Source: Candidatus Nitrospinota bacterium M3_3B_026 (GTDB taxonomy: Bacteria; Nitrospinota_A; UBA7883; JBPRGF01). Taken from it: 64,000 nt of DNA. The stretch is from contig JBPRGF010000033.1 in the NCBI GenBank assembly GCA_051418015.1, forward strand, positions 52,298 through 116,297. The letters run 5' to 3'. Below are positions 55,271-64,000 of this stretch, piece by piece (positions within the stretch are counted from its first letter, which is position 1; each line of letters starts with the position of its first letter). Position numbers and translations under genes: made by a program. The notes under the pieces are model-generated. The model made no database searches, was not told the origin of the DNA, and saw nothing but the letters and a program-made list of their open reading frames with translations.

Positions 55271-55285
55271 AAAAAGTCCCGGGTC

Positions 55286-55314
55286 TTCGCCCCGCGCGGG
55301 CTGGGAGGTATAAT
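55286..55314 (+). promoter_or_regulatory. Putative sigma70 promoter
   Basis: TTCGCC-N17-TATAAT upstream of the 55385 gene. Confidence 0.45.
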
Positions 55315-55384
55315 GAAACAGTAAAAAATCCCGCCACGGCGCGGCGGGCAATAAAAATACTTCCATCAGGAGAGGAGAGGGCGC

Positions 55385-55972
55385 ATGGCGGCGGCCGAGA
55401 AACCCCGCGAAAAGAACATCTCCGGTCTTTTCGGCGCCTTCAACGTCGTCCGCGTTCTTTTCATCGTCATGGCCGTCTCTGTCATAGGGGCGGGCTTTAT
55501 CGTCTACAAGCTTGACCGCGATCTCACCAACGGCTACGCTCAGGCCGTCGCGGGCATATCCCACGCCGGAGCCTCGCTCCTGCCAACGATCGCCTATTCC
55601 GGCCTGTTTCAGCTCTTCGCCGCCGTCTCGGGCATATCCCTGGCGGCCATATTCTACTCGCACAAGGTGGTGGGCCCGCTTTACAGGTTCACCTTTGTTT
55701 TCAAGGATACCGGCGACGGGAAAATAAGGGAGAACACGAGGATCAGGAAAACGGACCAGCTCCAGGCCATGACCGTGTCCATCAACGAGATGAAGGCGGG
55801 GTTGCGGGATTTCGTGGACGAGACCAGGGAGAAGGCCGGAAAACTGGAGAAGATGGCGGACTCCCTCGATGGCGCGCCGGAGCCCGAGCGGGCGGCGATG
55901 GATTTCGAGACAAGAAAAGAAATCGCCTCCCTGGCCAGAAGCGTCGAGAGGCTGAAGCTCGGGAAGCCGTGA
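55385..55972 (+). CDS. Small 2-TM HAMP / MCP-like protein
   Basis: 2 TM, SHKVVGPLYRF and IRKTDQL HAMP signature, short coiled coil; AGGAGAGG RBS. Confidence 0.75.
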   Translation: MAAAEKPREKNISGLFGAFNVVRVLFIVMAVSVIGAGFIVYKLDRDLTNGYAQAVAGISHAGASLLPTIAYSGLFQLFAAVSGISLAAIFYSHKVVGPLYRFTFVFKDTGDGKIRENTRIRKTDQLQAMTVSINEMKAGLRDFVDETREKAGKLEKMADSLDGAPEPERAAMDFETRKEIASLARSVERLKLGKP

Positions 55973-56778
55973 TTTTCACTAAAACTAACGCCGCGCGCGC
56001 CATGATGGCGCTGGCCGCCTTTCTGGCGGTCTCGTTGCTGGCTTACGCAGTCATGAGGCCCGCCACGGGGCACGAGGACGCGGGCGACTGCGGCTCGTGT
56101 CATCTCAATGATCCTCAAAAGAAGCGCAGCCGTGGTGAGCTGATCTACGTCAAGGACTTTTCGTTCATGTGCGACTCGTGCCACCCCGGCGCGAAGGCGC
56201 TCTCGCATCCCGTGGGTATGCCGGGCATGAAGGGCGCCCCGTCCGTCTTCCCGCTGGACTGGAAGGGGCAGATGACCTGCGTGACCTGTCACTTCTTCCA
56301 CGATGACGAGAACCCGTACTATCTCAGGGTGAACAAGATCCGCAAGGAGCTTTGCCTGATGTGCCACGACATGGAGTTTTTCTACGGCATGAAGGACCGC
56401 GGCGAAGCCCTCAGCGGCGCGCACCTGGAGGCGAGGGCGGCGGAGCCGAAACGGTTCGACATCGTCGACGAGGTCTCCATAGCATGCCTCTCCTGCCACG
56501 ACGGGACGGTTTCCGTGGACATGGTGCGGACGCTGAATTCCGGCGGCGGATACGTGAGCCATATGAAGGGCGCGTCGCACCCGATAGGGGCGGACTATGA
56601 GGCCAAAGCCGGGGGGGACGATTCCTACACGCCCGTGTCTCAGCTCCCGCCGGAGATACACCTTCCCGGGGGCAAGCTCGGATGCGTCTCCTGCCACGCG
56701 CCATACAGGGAAAAGCACGGGTCCATCGTGGTGAAGGGCAGGGTTACCGGTCTGTGCCTGATCTGCCACAGGAAATGA
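55969..56778 (+). CDS. Heptaheme c-type cytochrome (doubled-CxxCH type)
   Basis: CGSCH, CDSCH, CVTCH, CLMCH, CLSCH, CVSCH, CLICH; SHPVG/SHPIG motifs. Confidence 0.9.
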   Translation: MIFTKTNAARAMMALAAFLAVSLLAYAVMRPATGHEDAGDCGSCHLNDPQKKRSRGELIYVKDFSFMCDSCHPGAKALSHPVGMPGMKGAPSVFPLDWKGQMTCVTCHFFHDDENPYYLRVNKIRKELCLMCHDMEFFYGMKDRGEALSGAHLEARAAEPKRFDIVDEVSIACLSCHDGTVSVDMVRTLNSGGGYVSHMKGASHPIGADYEAKAGGDDSYTPVSQLPPEIHLPGGKLGCVSCHAPYREKHGSIVVKGRVTGLCLICHRK

Positions 56779-56793
56779 AAGGACTCTGTCGGT

Positions 56794-57105
56794 ATGAGAA
56801 ATAACGGCCCGCAAAAAAGATCAGTCCACAGGACGCCGGCTGTCCTCGCGGTGGCCTTCGCGCTGGCGTTGGCGGCGTCCGTGGCGGCGGGGAGCGAGTC
56901 CCACCCCGTGGGGGTGAGCTACCGGCAGGCGGTGGAAAAGGACCCGTCGTCATACAACCCGCCGGAGAGCCTGCCTGCCAGGCTTCATCTTCCCGGCGGC
57001 CTGGTGGGGTGTATAACGTGCCATACGGAGCGGGGGATGGATACCGGGGAACTTGTTATGGGAAATGAAAAAAGCCAGCTGTGCGCCGCGTGCCACAGGA
57101 AATGA
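56794..57105 (+). CDS. Small diheme c-type cytochrome
   Basis: Signal peptide; SHPVG, CITCH, CAACH. Confidence 0.85.
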   Translation: MRNNGPQKRSVHRTPAVLAVAFALALAASVAAGSESHPVGVSYRQAVEKDPSSYNPPESLPARLHLPGGLVGCITCHTERGMDTGELVMGNEKSQLCAACHRK

Positions 57106-57120
57106 AGGTGGTATGAGCCT

Positions 57121-57702
57121 ATGAGCGCGAAGGAGGCAGAACGGACATCGAGGCCGCCTTTCATGAGGCGCAAGTTCCTGATCCACAAGCCGGCGCAGCT
57201 CAAGCTGGTGGCGGCGCTGGCCGCCTCCGCGGCGGTGGTGAACGTGACGTCGCTGACCCTGTTGTATAACCTCTTGCGGCGGGAGATCGAGAACGCGATG
57301 TTCTCATCCCACATCAAGCTCAGGACGCTGGGGGAGCTTATTACCCCGATCGTGTTTCGGGTGAACACGTGGGCCGTTGTGGCCATCATGGCCGTCTCGG
57401 CCGCGATCATCGCCTGGGTGGTCTTCAGGATGAACAGGTCCCTGCGCCTTCTGCGGCGGGACATGGGCAGGATCGGAGCGCTCTATCTCGTCGAGGCGGG
57501 CCGGTTTGAAAGAGGCGAGGCGATAAGGAACATGATGGAAGAGTTCGACAGCATGGTCGGATCGCTCAACGAGAGTTTTTCGGAGGTCGCTTCCGCCTCG
57601 GGGCGCCTTTCGGAGATCGCCGGAAGGGAGGGAAGGATAGACCCCGCCGCTGTTAAGGAGGAGGTTCTGAGAATCAGGACGGCGCTGGAGAAGTTCGACT
57701 GA
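57121..57702 (+). CDS. Small 2-TM HAMP-like protein
   Basis: RRKFLI...QLK N-terminus, 2 TM, SSHIK, coiled-coil tail. Confidence 0.7.
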   Translation: MSAKEAERTSRPPFMRRKFLIHKPAQLKLVAALAASAAVVNVTSLTLLYNLLRREIENAMFSSHIKLRTLGELITPIVFRVNTWAVVAIMAVSAAIIAWVVFRMNRSLRLLRRDMGRIGALYLVEAGRFERGEAIRNMMEEFDSMVGSLNESFSEVASASGRLSEIAGREGRIDPAAVKEEVLRIRTALEKFD

Positions 57703-57723
57703 CACCCCGGCGGGCGCGTCTTC

Positions 57724-58080
57724 TCAGCACGTAAGGTGAAATGCCCCCACCACCTTCCTCGATCCCGACAGCAGCCGGTTGAACTCCGCGCAGGCGTCCT
57801 TTGTTTTCCTCGCGATAACCTTTATACCCCTGGATTCGAGCAGGGCCTTTGTCTTTTCGCCCACCTTCATCCCTCCGGAGTAGCCCGTTCCCACCACCAG
57901 CGTCTCCGGCTTGTAGTCCAGGACGCCTCCGAGGTCCTCCATGGCCAGGCTGTGCCCGTCTTTTCTGCGCCAGTTCCCCTGCACCCTGTCCGGGAAAACT
58001 ATGACGTCGGCGGTGTGCTCCTGCCCATCAATGATGATTTTCCCGAAACCGTAGGATTCGATCATGCGAAGCTCCTTCAT
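57724..58080 (-). CDS. Mth938-like (DUF498) protein
   Basis: IESYGFG, LVVGTG, ACAEFN, GAFHLTC; ATGA overlap with nfi. Confidence 0.85.
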   Translation of the reverse strand: MKELRMIESYGFGKIIIDGQEHTADVIVFPDRVQGNWRRKDGHSLAMEDLGGVLDYKPETLVVGTGYSGGMKVGEKTKALLESRGIKVIARKTKDACAEFNRLLSGSRKVVGAFHLTC

Positions 58081-58730
58081 GGTTGACGCCGCCATTGCCC
58101 CGCGGCCTTGTGCGCGGCCCGGATCGGCTCCGGGAGACGGAAGCCTTTTGCCGCCCGCAGCGTGAGGCGGACGGCGGCGCCAAGGTCCACCCTGTGTCCC
58201 ACCGACACGAAAACAGGTTTCACGCCCTCTCTGGTCCGCAGAACGGCGCCAATCGTCTCTCCGTTATATTTTAGCGCCGTTTTGCATCCCCGCCGCCTTC
58301 CCGGTTCGCGGTACTCCCCGACGAGGCGTGATTTGGCGCATCCTATAGTGGGCAGGTCAAGCTCCACCCCCAGGTGGCAGGCCAACCCGAACCGCCTGGG
58401 ATGGGCAAGACCCTGCCCATCGACGATTATGATATCCGGCCTCGCCTCAAGCTTTTCGAAAGCCTCCATGATGACGGGGACCTCCCGAAAACCCAGAAGA
58501 CCCGGGATGTACGGAAACTCCACCGGGCTCTCGGCGGCCGCCTCTTCGATCGGCGCCATGCCGGGAAAGGAGAGCATCACCACGGCCGCGCGGGCGGCGG
58601 CGCCTCTCACGCTCACGTCCACTCCGGCGATTGTCTCCACTTTTCCGAAAGTGGCCGCCGTTATCACGCGGCGGCTGAGCTTCTTTTGTATCTTCACCGC
58701 CTCAGCGGGCGTGAGTTTTTCTGATCTCAT
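58077..58730 (-). CDS. nfi: Endonuclease V
   Basis: IAGVDVS, FPYIPGLLGFRE, VDGQGLAHPRRFGLACHLG, IGCAKS, VFVSVGH, RLPEP. Confidence 0.93.
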   Translation of the reverse strand: MRSEKLTPAEAVKIQKKLSRRVITAATFGKVETIAGVDVSVRGAAARAAVVMLSFPGMAPIEEAAAESPVEFPYIPGLLGFREVPVIMEAFEKLEARPDIIIVDGQGLAHPRRFGLACHLGVELDLPTIGCAKSRLVGEYREPGRRRGCKTALKYNGETIGAVLRTREGVKPVFVSVGHRVDLGAAVRLTLRAAKGFRLPEPIRAAHKAAGQWRRQP

Positions 58731-60177
58731 ACAACCTGAGCGTTTTTTCGATGGGGTCGCCCCGCCTCGCCGCAAAAACCGCGACCGGGTGGGCGGAGCC
58801 CATTTTCAGGCCGCCGATGTCGTCCAGGACGAACTCTCGCCGGAAACGGGGCCATGCGCTTTTGACGGTGTTTTCCAGTCCGTCCGCGTTTTCGACGCTG
58901 ACGACAGGCGCTCCGGCCCGATACAGGTCGAAAAGCCGCTCCGACGAGCCCATGTAGAATACGGCGTCCCGGCCCCGCGTGTCCACCCATTCGAACAGCC
59001 TGGCCGAGGGCGGCTCCTGTGTTGTCCGCGCCGTGTAGTCCACCCCGAGGGCTAGCCACATTCCCGCGGCGAGGAGCGCGGCCGTGCCGGGGCGCCGCCT
59101 TGCGAGGGGAGCGAAGAGCATCACCGCCGCAAAGACGAGCGGGAGGAAATGCCGCGCCTTCTCCACGTTCTGCCCCACCGCCGCCCAGGCAAGGTAAAAG
59201 AGCGACGCGGCGGCGAAAAACCTCGTGGAATCGGGATATTCGTTTCTGTCTCTCCACGCGAGGGCCGCTGCCGACAAGGCGGCGATCATCCACGGGAGGC
59301 GGAGGGCCAGGCTTCCGTTCCCCGTATACCCAAAGACCTCAAGGAGCCTTTCGCCAAGCGCGTGGATGCGCCCCTCGGCGCCGTTGACCGACGTCGCCGC
59401 CCCGCCCCACGTTGTGAAATGCCCGGCGACGTGAGCCAGCCCGGCCTCGAAAAATCCGCCGGGGCCGGTTATCAGAAGCTGCGGCGCAAGCCAGGCGAAG
59501 ACCCCGCCCGAAAGACCCGCTATGAAAAACCGGGCTCCGCCATGGCGCCAGGCGAACACGCCGCCCGCCATTGCGTAAGGCCACCATGAAAGCCGGACGC
59601 CGAGGGTAAGGCCGAGCGCAAGGCCGAAGGCGCTCCACCGGCCCCGGCCGTTTTTTCCCGCTTCGCCCCCGAGGGTGAAAGCCGCCGCCAGCAAAAGAGC
59701 GCCGCCGAAAGCCTCTGTGTAAATCTTGTGCGACAGCTCGAAAAATACAGGGTTCGCCGCAAGTGAGAGGGCCAGCGCCGCCGCGCCGAGCCGCGCCCCG
59801 GCCATGAGGAAAACAAGCGCCAGCGCCGCCGCGCCGGAGATTATGGACAGCGCTGCAAGCGCCGCCTCGGGCGAGGCCGTGAGCCTGTTCAGGAGCTTGC
59901 CCGCGGCCATGTATACGGGATAGCCGGGGAAATGGGGCTGGTGGAAGGCGACATCGTAATCGGCCACGCCAAGGACGAGGTTCACCCCGTCCTGTCCGCC
60001 GGGCCAGGGGGAGGCGGTGTAAAACGACACCGATACGAAAACGAATAGAGGAGGCAGGATGTAAAGAAGCTGGGGTTTGTCCGTCTTTTCGCTTCCTTTC
60101 TCTCCGCGGGCCGGCCGGCGCGGGTCAGACCGCCACGGAACCCGCCTCGATGACGCCTTCTCCGCCGCCAGGCTCAT
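58702..60177 (-). CDS. Polytopic membrane protein, GT-C / DUF2723-like
   Basis: DGVNLVLGVADYD..HQPHFPGYPVY loop, about 10 TM, GVRLSW, RHFLP; true start probably somewhat downstream of 60177. Confidence 0.65.
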   Translation of the reverse strand: MSLAAEKASSRRVPWRSDPRRPARGEKGSEKTDKPQLLYILPPLFVFVSVSFYTASPWPGGQDGVNLVLGVADYDVAFHQPHFPGYPVYMAAGKLLNRLTASPEAALAALSIISGAAALALVFLMAGARLGAAALALSLAANPVFFELSHKIYTEAFGGALLLAAAFTLGGEAGKNGRGRWSAFGLALGLTLGVRLSWWPYAMAGGVFAWRHGGARFFIAGLSGGVFAWLAPQLLITGPGGFFEAGLAHVAGHFTTWGGAATSVNGAEGRIHALGERLLEVFGYTGNGSLALRLPWMIAALSAAALAWRDRNEYPDSTRFFAAASLFYLAWAAVGQNVEKARHFLPLVFAAVMLFAPLARRRPGTAALLAAGMWLALGVDYTARTTQEPPSARLFEWVDTRGRDAVFYMGSSERLFDLYRAGAPVVSVENADGLENTVKSAWPRFRREFVLDDIGGLKMGSAHPVAVFAARRGDPIEKTLRLYEIRKTHAR

Positions 60178-61516
60178 CCGTCTCCTCCTCTTCGCCTAAG
60201 GCGCGCCGCGCCAGGCGGCGGCCCATCGTCATCGCCTCGTCCATGAATATATAGCGAAAAAACCCCTGCCGCCCCAGCGTGTCGAGGTTTTTCATCCTCC
60301 GGACGGCGCCGAGGAGGCTCTCCACCCGCTCTTTGTATCCAAGCTCGTACCTGGGATAAGCGTTTTCGGCGTATGTCGAGAAAAAGCCCGTCACATGCCA
60401 GGCCATGTCGAGACCAAGTTTTTTCAGGTCCTTCAGCGCGATATCGAGCAGCGCCTCATCCGGCATGGACCACGTCTTGTCCCCTGCCTGGCATGGTATC
60501 TCCAGCATGACGGAGGTCCGCCCCGGTGGGGCGCTCTCCGGGCTCCTGCGCTTGGGCTCCTGCACGCGGGTCATGATAACGTCCGGCTCCGGCGTGTACA
60601 TCCACGTGTTGGGGGAGAGGTCCTCGACGCCGGAGAGGGTGACGTTCAAAAATCGCAGGGCGCGCCAGGGGAGGGCGGGCGCGCCGGGGTCTATCATGGA
60701 GGCGAGCCTGTCCAGCGGGATGGTCGAGAGAACATTCCGGGCGCCGAAGGGCTCCATCGCGCCGTCCTTGTGGCGGATCACGACCTCCTCGATCCGTCCA
60801 TCGCGCGTTTTAAGCGACACGGCCTCCGCACAGGTCACGACCCGCCCGCCGAGCCTTTCGATCTCGCCCGCCATTATCTCGAATATCTCGCCTATGCCGC
60901 CCCTGGGATAGAGGTACTTGGCGGCGTAGGTCCTCGGCCTTTTCCCGGAGATTTTAAGCGCCTTGAGGACGGCGTCTTTCGCGTTGAGCAGGGATATCCT
61001 CCTGCCCGCCCAGTCCGCGGAGAGGCGCGAGGCGGGGATGCCCCACAGCTTCTCCGTGTACGGCTTGAAGAATAACTCGTTCAGCGGTCTGCCGAACCGG
61101 CGGTCTATCCACGCCTCGAACGACTCTTCCGGCGCGGGGGAGTGATACAACCCTGTGGCGGAGGCGAGGTAGCCCGCGGCGAACCTTGCGCTCATCCACG
61201 GGCCGGACTTGGAGAGGACATCCCCGATGTTTATCGGGTAGCAGTACTCCCTGTCGGCGAAGCGTATGACGCTTTTGCGGTCGCGGACGAGCAGCCGATC
61301 GCCCATGAGCGCCTTCACGTCCTCCACCAGCCGCCGGTCGGCGGAGATGAAGCGATGGCCGCCAAGGTCGAACTGGTATCCTCCGCGCTTTATCGTTTTG
61401 CAAAGGCCGCCGACGGCGCTGTCTTTTTCAACGACCGTGGCGTGGACGCCTCTTCTCAAAAACTCCCACGCCGCCGTCAGCCCGCAGGGGCCCGCGCCAA
61501 GGATCAGGACGCTCAT
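60125..61516 (-). CDS. FAD-dependent oxidoreductase (HemY / UDP-galactopyranose mutase-like)
   Basis: ILGAGPCG, FDLGGHRF, YTEKLWG, YPRGG, GRQGFFRYIFMD. Confidence 0.8.
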   Translation of the reverse strand: MSVLILGAGPCGLTAAWEFLRRGVHATVVEKDSAVGGLCKTIKRGGYQFDLGGHRFISADRRLVEDVKALMGDRLLVRDRKSVIRFADREYCYPINIGDVLSKSGPWMSARFAAGYLASATGLYHSPAPEESFEAWIDRRFGRPLNELFFKPYTEKLWGIPASRLSADWAGRRISLLNAKDAVLKALKISGKRPRTYAAKYLYPRGGIGEIFEIMAGEIERLGGRVVTCAEAVSLKTRDGRIEEVVIRHKDGAMEPFGARNVLSTIPLDRLASMIDPGAPALPWRALRFLNVTLSGVEDLSPNTWMYTPEPDVIMTRVQEPKRRSPESAPPGRTSVMLEIPCQAGDKTWSMPDEALLDIALKDLKKLGLDMAWHVTGFFSTYAENAYPRYELGYKERVESLLGAVRRMKNLDTLGRQGFFRYIFMDEAMTMGRRLARRALGEEEETDEPGGGEGVIEAGSVAV

Positions 61517-61523
61517 GGCCGCC

Positions 61524-62600
61524 TTACCAATGGGCCACCACCTGGACGGCGGCGGCGTTGTTGTCTATTTCCTCCCCCTCCTCGGTGTTCCACTGGTACT
61601 CCGCCTTCACCTGGACGTTTTCGAGAGCATGCCACACGACCCCCGCGGAGGTCTCCGTCCTCTTGTTGTCCTGGGCCTCCTTGTCGTTGTCATATTCCCC
61701 GTAGCGGGCGACGATCTCCACGCCGCCTATGACCATGGAGCTTGCCTGGACATAGAAACCCTCCACGTCCCTGTCCTCCCCCTCCACGGCGGAGGCGGCC
61801 TTGTCGGCGCCGGCTGTGTACTCGGCGATCAGGACCGGCGCCCAGGTTGCGCCGAAAATCCTGTCGGAGTCCATTCTAATATGCGCGCCGTAGCGGGTCG
61901 ACTCGTTCTCGGAGTTTTCGTCCCATTCTCCCGTGACGATGGAGAACCCCGCGTTGAGCCCCTCCACGATGCCGTCGATCATCAGCCGCGCCCCGGCGCT
62001 CTTGGAGTCGTTGCCGCCGGACTTGTTGTCGCGGGAGATGCCGCCGCCATAGGCGTCGCCGTTTACGTAGTAGAGATCCGCCTGGCCGAAGCCTGAGAAG
62101 ACCTGGTTTATCCCCACGCCGACGTCCGACCATGTGCCGGGGATGATCCCGCCGCTCTTGAACGCCTTCGGGCGGGTGACGAGCTTGTTCTTGTGTCCGG
62201 GGTAGCTGAGATACTCTATCCCGAAGGGGACATAGAAGGCGCCCATGTAGAGCGTGGTCTTGTCGATCGGGGTCAGGCGCAGCTGGGCGGAATCTAGCTT
62301 GATCTCTCCGGAGCCCAGGCCCGGGGCGTGCTCGTACTCGATTTCGGACGACAGGAACGCCTTGTCGCTTAGTTTTATGCCCATCCATACGGTTATCTTG
62401 TGGGCGTCGAAGGTTGTGTTCGCGTCTTCCGCGTCCCAGTACTCGAACTCGTAGTAGCCGTGCCACTGGACCTTTTCGTCCGTCGGCGGCGCCACGAGGG
62501 AGACGTCGAAGGCCGGCTCCTGCGCGTTCGCGCCGCCTGTGAGGAAGGCGGCGGCTGATATGAATATGAATGTCATTCTCATCATGCTATTGCGAATCAT
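61524..62600 (-). CDS. Outer-membrane porin (OprO/P-like)
   Basis: Signal peptide; SEIEYEH, GAFYVPFG, VKAEYQ; aromatic terminal strand VQVVAHW. Confidence 0.75.
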   Translation of the reverse strand: MIRNSMMRMTFIFISAAAFLTGGANAQEPAFDVSLVAPPTDEKVQWHGYYEFEYWDAEDANTTFDAHKITVWMGIKLSDKAFLSSEIEYEHAPGLGSGEIKLDSAQLRLTPIDKTTLYMGAFYVPFGIEYLSYPGHKNKLVTRPKAFKSGGIIPGTWSDVGVGINQVFSGFGQADLYYVNGDAYGGGISRDNKSGGNDSKSAGARLMIDGIVEGLNAGFSIVTGEWDENSENESTRYGAHIRMDSDRIFGATWAPVLIAEYTAGADKAASAVEGEDRDVEGFYVQASSMVIGGVEIVARYGEYDNDKEAQDNKRTETSAGVVWHALENVQVKAEYQWNTEEGEEIDNNAAAVQVVAHW

Positions 62601-62663
62601 CTTTCCTCCTGTCAGTGAATAACGTTTAAAAGAGAATCCCAAGCGTCCCCGGCGCGGCGGCCT

Positions 62664-63281
62664 TCACCGCTTGAAGCCGGGGAACGATTTTTCGATCAGC
62701 CCCTCTATTTTTTCGACCGCCTCCTTGTAGGCGGCAGGGTCCGGCGGCCTCGCCCCGACGCCGAAAAGGCCGGGGTTTCCGAGCGCCGCGAGGGCCTTGT
62801 CGAACCTCTCGAGTATCGCTGCGCTCCGGGCCGGGTCCTGTTTCTTCACGTTGGCGTCGAGTGTGTCCATATAGCTTGTGCGCGCCATTTGCAGCCTGGC
62901 CCGCAGGCTTTTATGGTTTGTGAAGCCCTCCTTGACGTTCCGGTGAAGTTTTTCTCTTATCGAAAGATAAACGAGATTCGCAAAAAGCTCCGCTGTTTTC
63001 TCGACGCTCCTGCTTTCGATGGCCTTGTCGAAGCGCGGCCTTAGAAAATCCGCCTCGAAGATATGCCCTTTCTGGAGGGCGATCCCCTCGTTTACGTTCT
63101 TTTCGACAACGCCCCAGTCTCCCCCCCTTGCCGCCGCGACGGTGTTCTTGAACAGCGCGGCCATCGGGTCTTCCTTCTGGGCGTATGAATAGCCGAGGGC
63201 AGGGGAGGCGGAAAGAGACCCCATCACCAGGACGGCGTATACGGCCGCGAAGATCAGCCCGTCCATCAGCGAGTTACGCAT
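62664..63281 (-). CDS. Exported alpha-helical protein of the FTR1 operon
   Basis: Start MRNSL after GGAG, overlapping the FTR1 end; signal peptide, mature N-terminus YSYAQKEDP, ALGNPGLFGVG. Confidence 0.75.
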   Translation of the reverse strand: MRNSLMDGLIFAAVYAVLVMGSLSASPALGYSYAQKEDPMAALFKNTVAAARGGDWGVVEKNVNEGIALQKGHIFEADFLRPRFDKAIESRSVEKTAELFANLVYLSIREKLHRNVKEGFTNHKSLRARLQMARTSYMDTLDANVKKQDPARSAAILERFDKALAALGNPGLFGVGARPPDPAAYKEAVEKIEGLIEKSFPGFKR

Positions 63282-64000
63282 ATTTTTTCTTCCCTCCGAA
63301 AAGATCGTCGCTGAAAAGGAAAAGGGAGATAGCGAGCAGGTATCCGACATAGACCGCCACCTGCAGCAGGGTGGGGGAGGATGTATAGCCGAACAGCGCC
63401 TTGAAGAATATCCCCACCTCCGAGGAGTCCTCCATCAGCCAGCTTATGTCGAAAAGGGTGTCCTTCATGACAGGCAGGAGGTTTATGTCCTGCATTATCC
63501 CGGTCATGTTCGTAAGCAGCCCCGCGGCGATGAGGACAACCAGGCCCCCGGTTATCTTGAAGAAAAGGCTGATGGGCAGCCTCCTCATGCCGGTAAAGAT
63601 TATGTATGTCACGCCAAGAGCGAGCGCCAGGCCAAGGAGTCCGCCGTAGAGGACATCAGATCCCATCATCCCGCCATAGAGGGCGCCGAGGAAAAGGACC
63701 GTCTCGAACCCCTCCCGCAGAATGGCCAGGTAGGCCATGAAGGTGAGCGTCAGGACGCTGCCGGAGCCGACGGCCCTGTCGAGCTTTCTCTCGACATCGC
63801 CCTTGATGGCGCGGGCGTTCCTGCTCATCCAGACAACCATGTAGGAAAGGACCGGGACCGCGAAACCCATGATCCCTATCTTTATATAAAGCTGGGAAGC
63901 CGCGCTCGAAAAGCCGGTGAGCAGCAACTGGAAGACTAGCGCCAGGAGGAACGCCGTGACCAGACCGAGGCCCACTCCCGTAAAGACCCACTTGAAATGG
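63274..64000 (-). CDS. FTR1/EfeU-family iron permease (5' end outside window)
   Basis: REGFE iron-binding motif, FFKITG, ALFGY, multiple TM. Confidence 0.9.
   Translation of the reverse strand, partial: HFKWVFTGVGLGLVTAFLLALVFQLLLTGFSSAASQLYIKIGIMGFAVPVLSYMVVWMSRNARAIKGDVERKLDRAVGSGSVLTLTFMAYLAILREGFETVLFLGALYGGMMGSDVLYGGLLGLALALGVTYIIFTGMRRLPISLFFKITGGLVVLIAAGLLTNMTGIMQDINLLPVMKDTLFDISWLMEDSSEVGIFFKALFGYTSSPTLLQVAVYVGYLLAISLFLFSDDLFGGKKKYA

Overview
GC-rich (by eye about 60-65%) diderm bacterial chromosome segment; gene style suggests a Nitrospinota/Nitrospirota/Desulfobacterota-like organism (inference only). Left part (1-20.8 kb): pelA and a partial pelB-like gene, tRNA-Arg with the uncommon GCG anticodon, DUF502, P-type ATPase, REC-HD-GYP, ECF sigma/zinc anti-sigma pair, an orphan FwdA/FhcA-type amidohydrolase, a sigma54-driven small protein plus NTF2-like gene, selB, a TAXI receptor, a membrane spermidine-synthase-like methyltransferase next to a signal-peptide-bearing pcm, and fpg. 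Centre (21-57.7 kb): an almost entirely + strand block. It opens with a multi-PAS kinase, two REC-HD-GYP proteins and a single-domain response regulator. Next is an extracellular-electron-transfer-type cluster: PPIase, beta-barrel, four triheme c7-like cytochromes in mirror order around two paralogous helical proteins, two NHL lipoproteins, an 11-heme cytochrome with an OmcE-like N-terminus, and local CcsB/CcsA. This matches the Uet-type architecture. It is followed by sensors, a sigma54 activator, Sel1, monoheme cytochrome, two beta-propellers and a hepta-/diheme cassette. Inside the cluster is a small GIY-YIG nuclease gene with an in-frame TGA, bracketed by direct copies of an ~85-nt palindromic repeat whose relatives are scattered in other intergenic gaps. 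Right end (minus strand): FTR1 iron permease, exported helical protein, porin, FAD oxidoreductase, GT-C-like membrane protein, nfi and an Mth938-like gene. No CRISPR array, rRNA, integrase or intact transposase was seen. All family calls are from motif recognition, not database searches.
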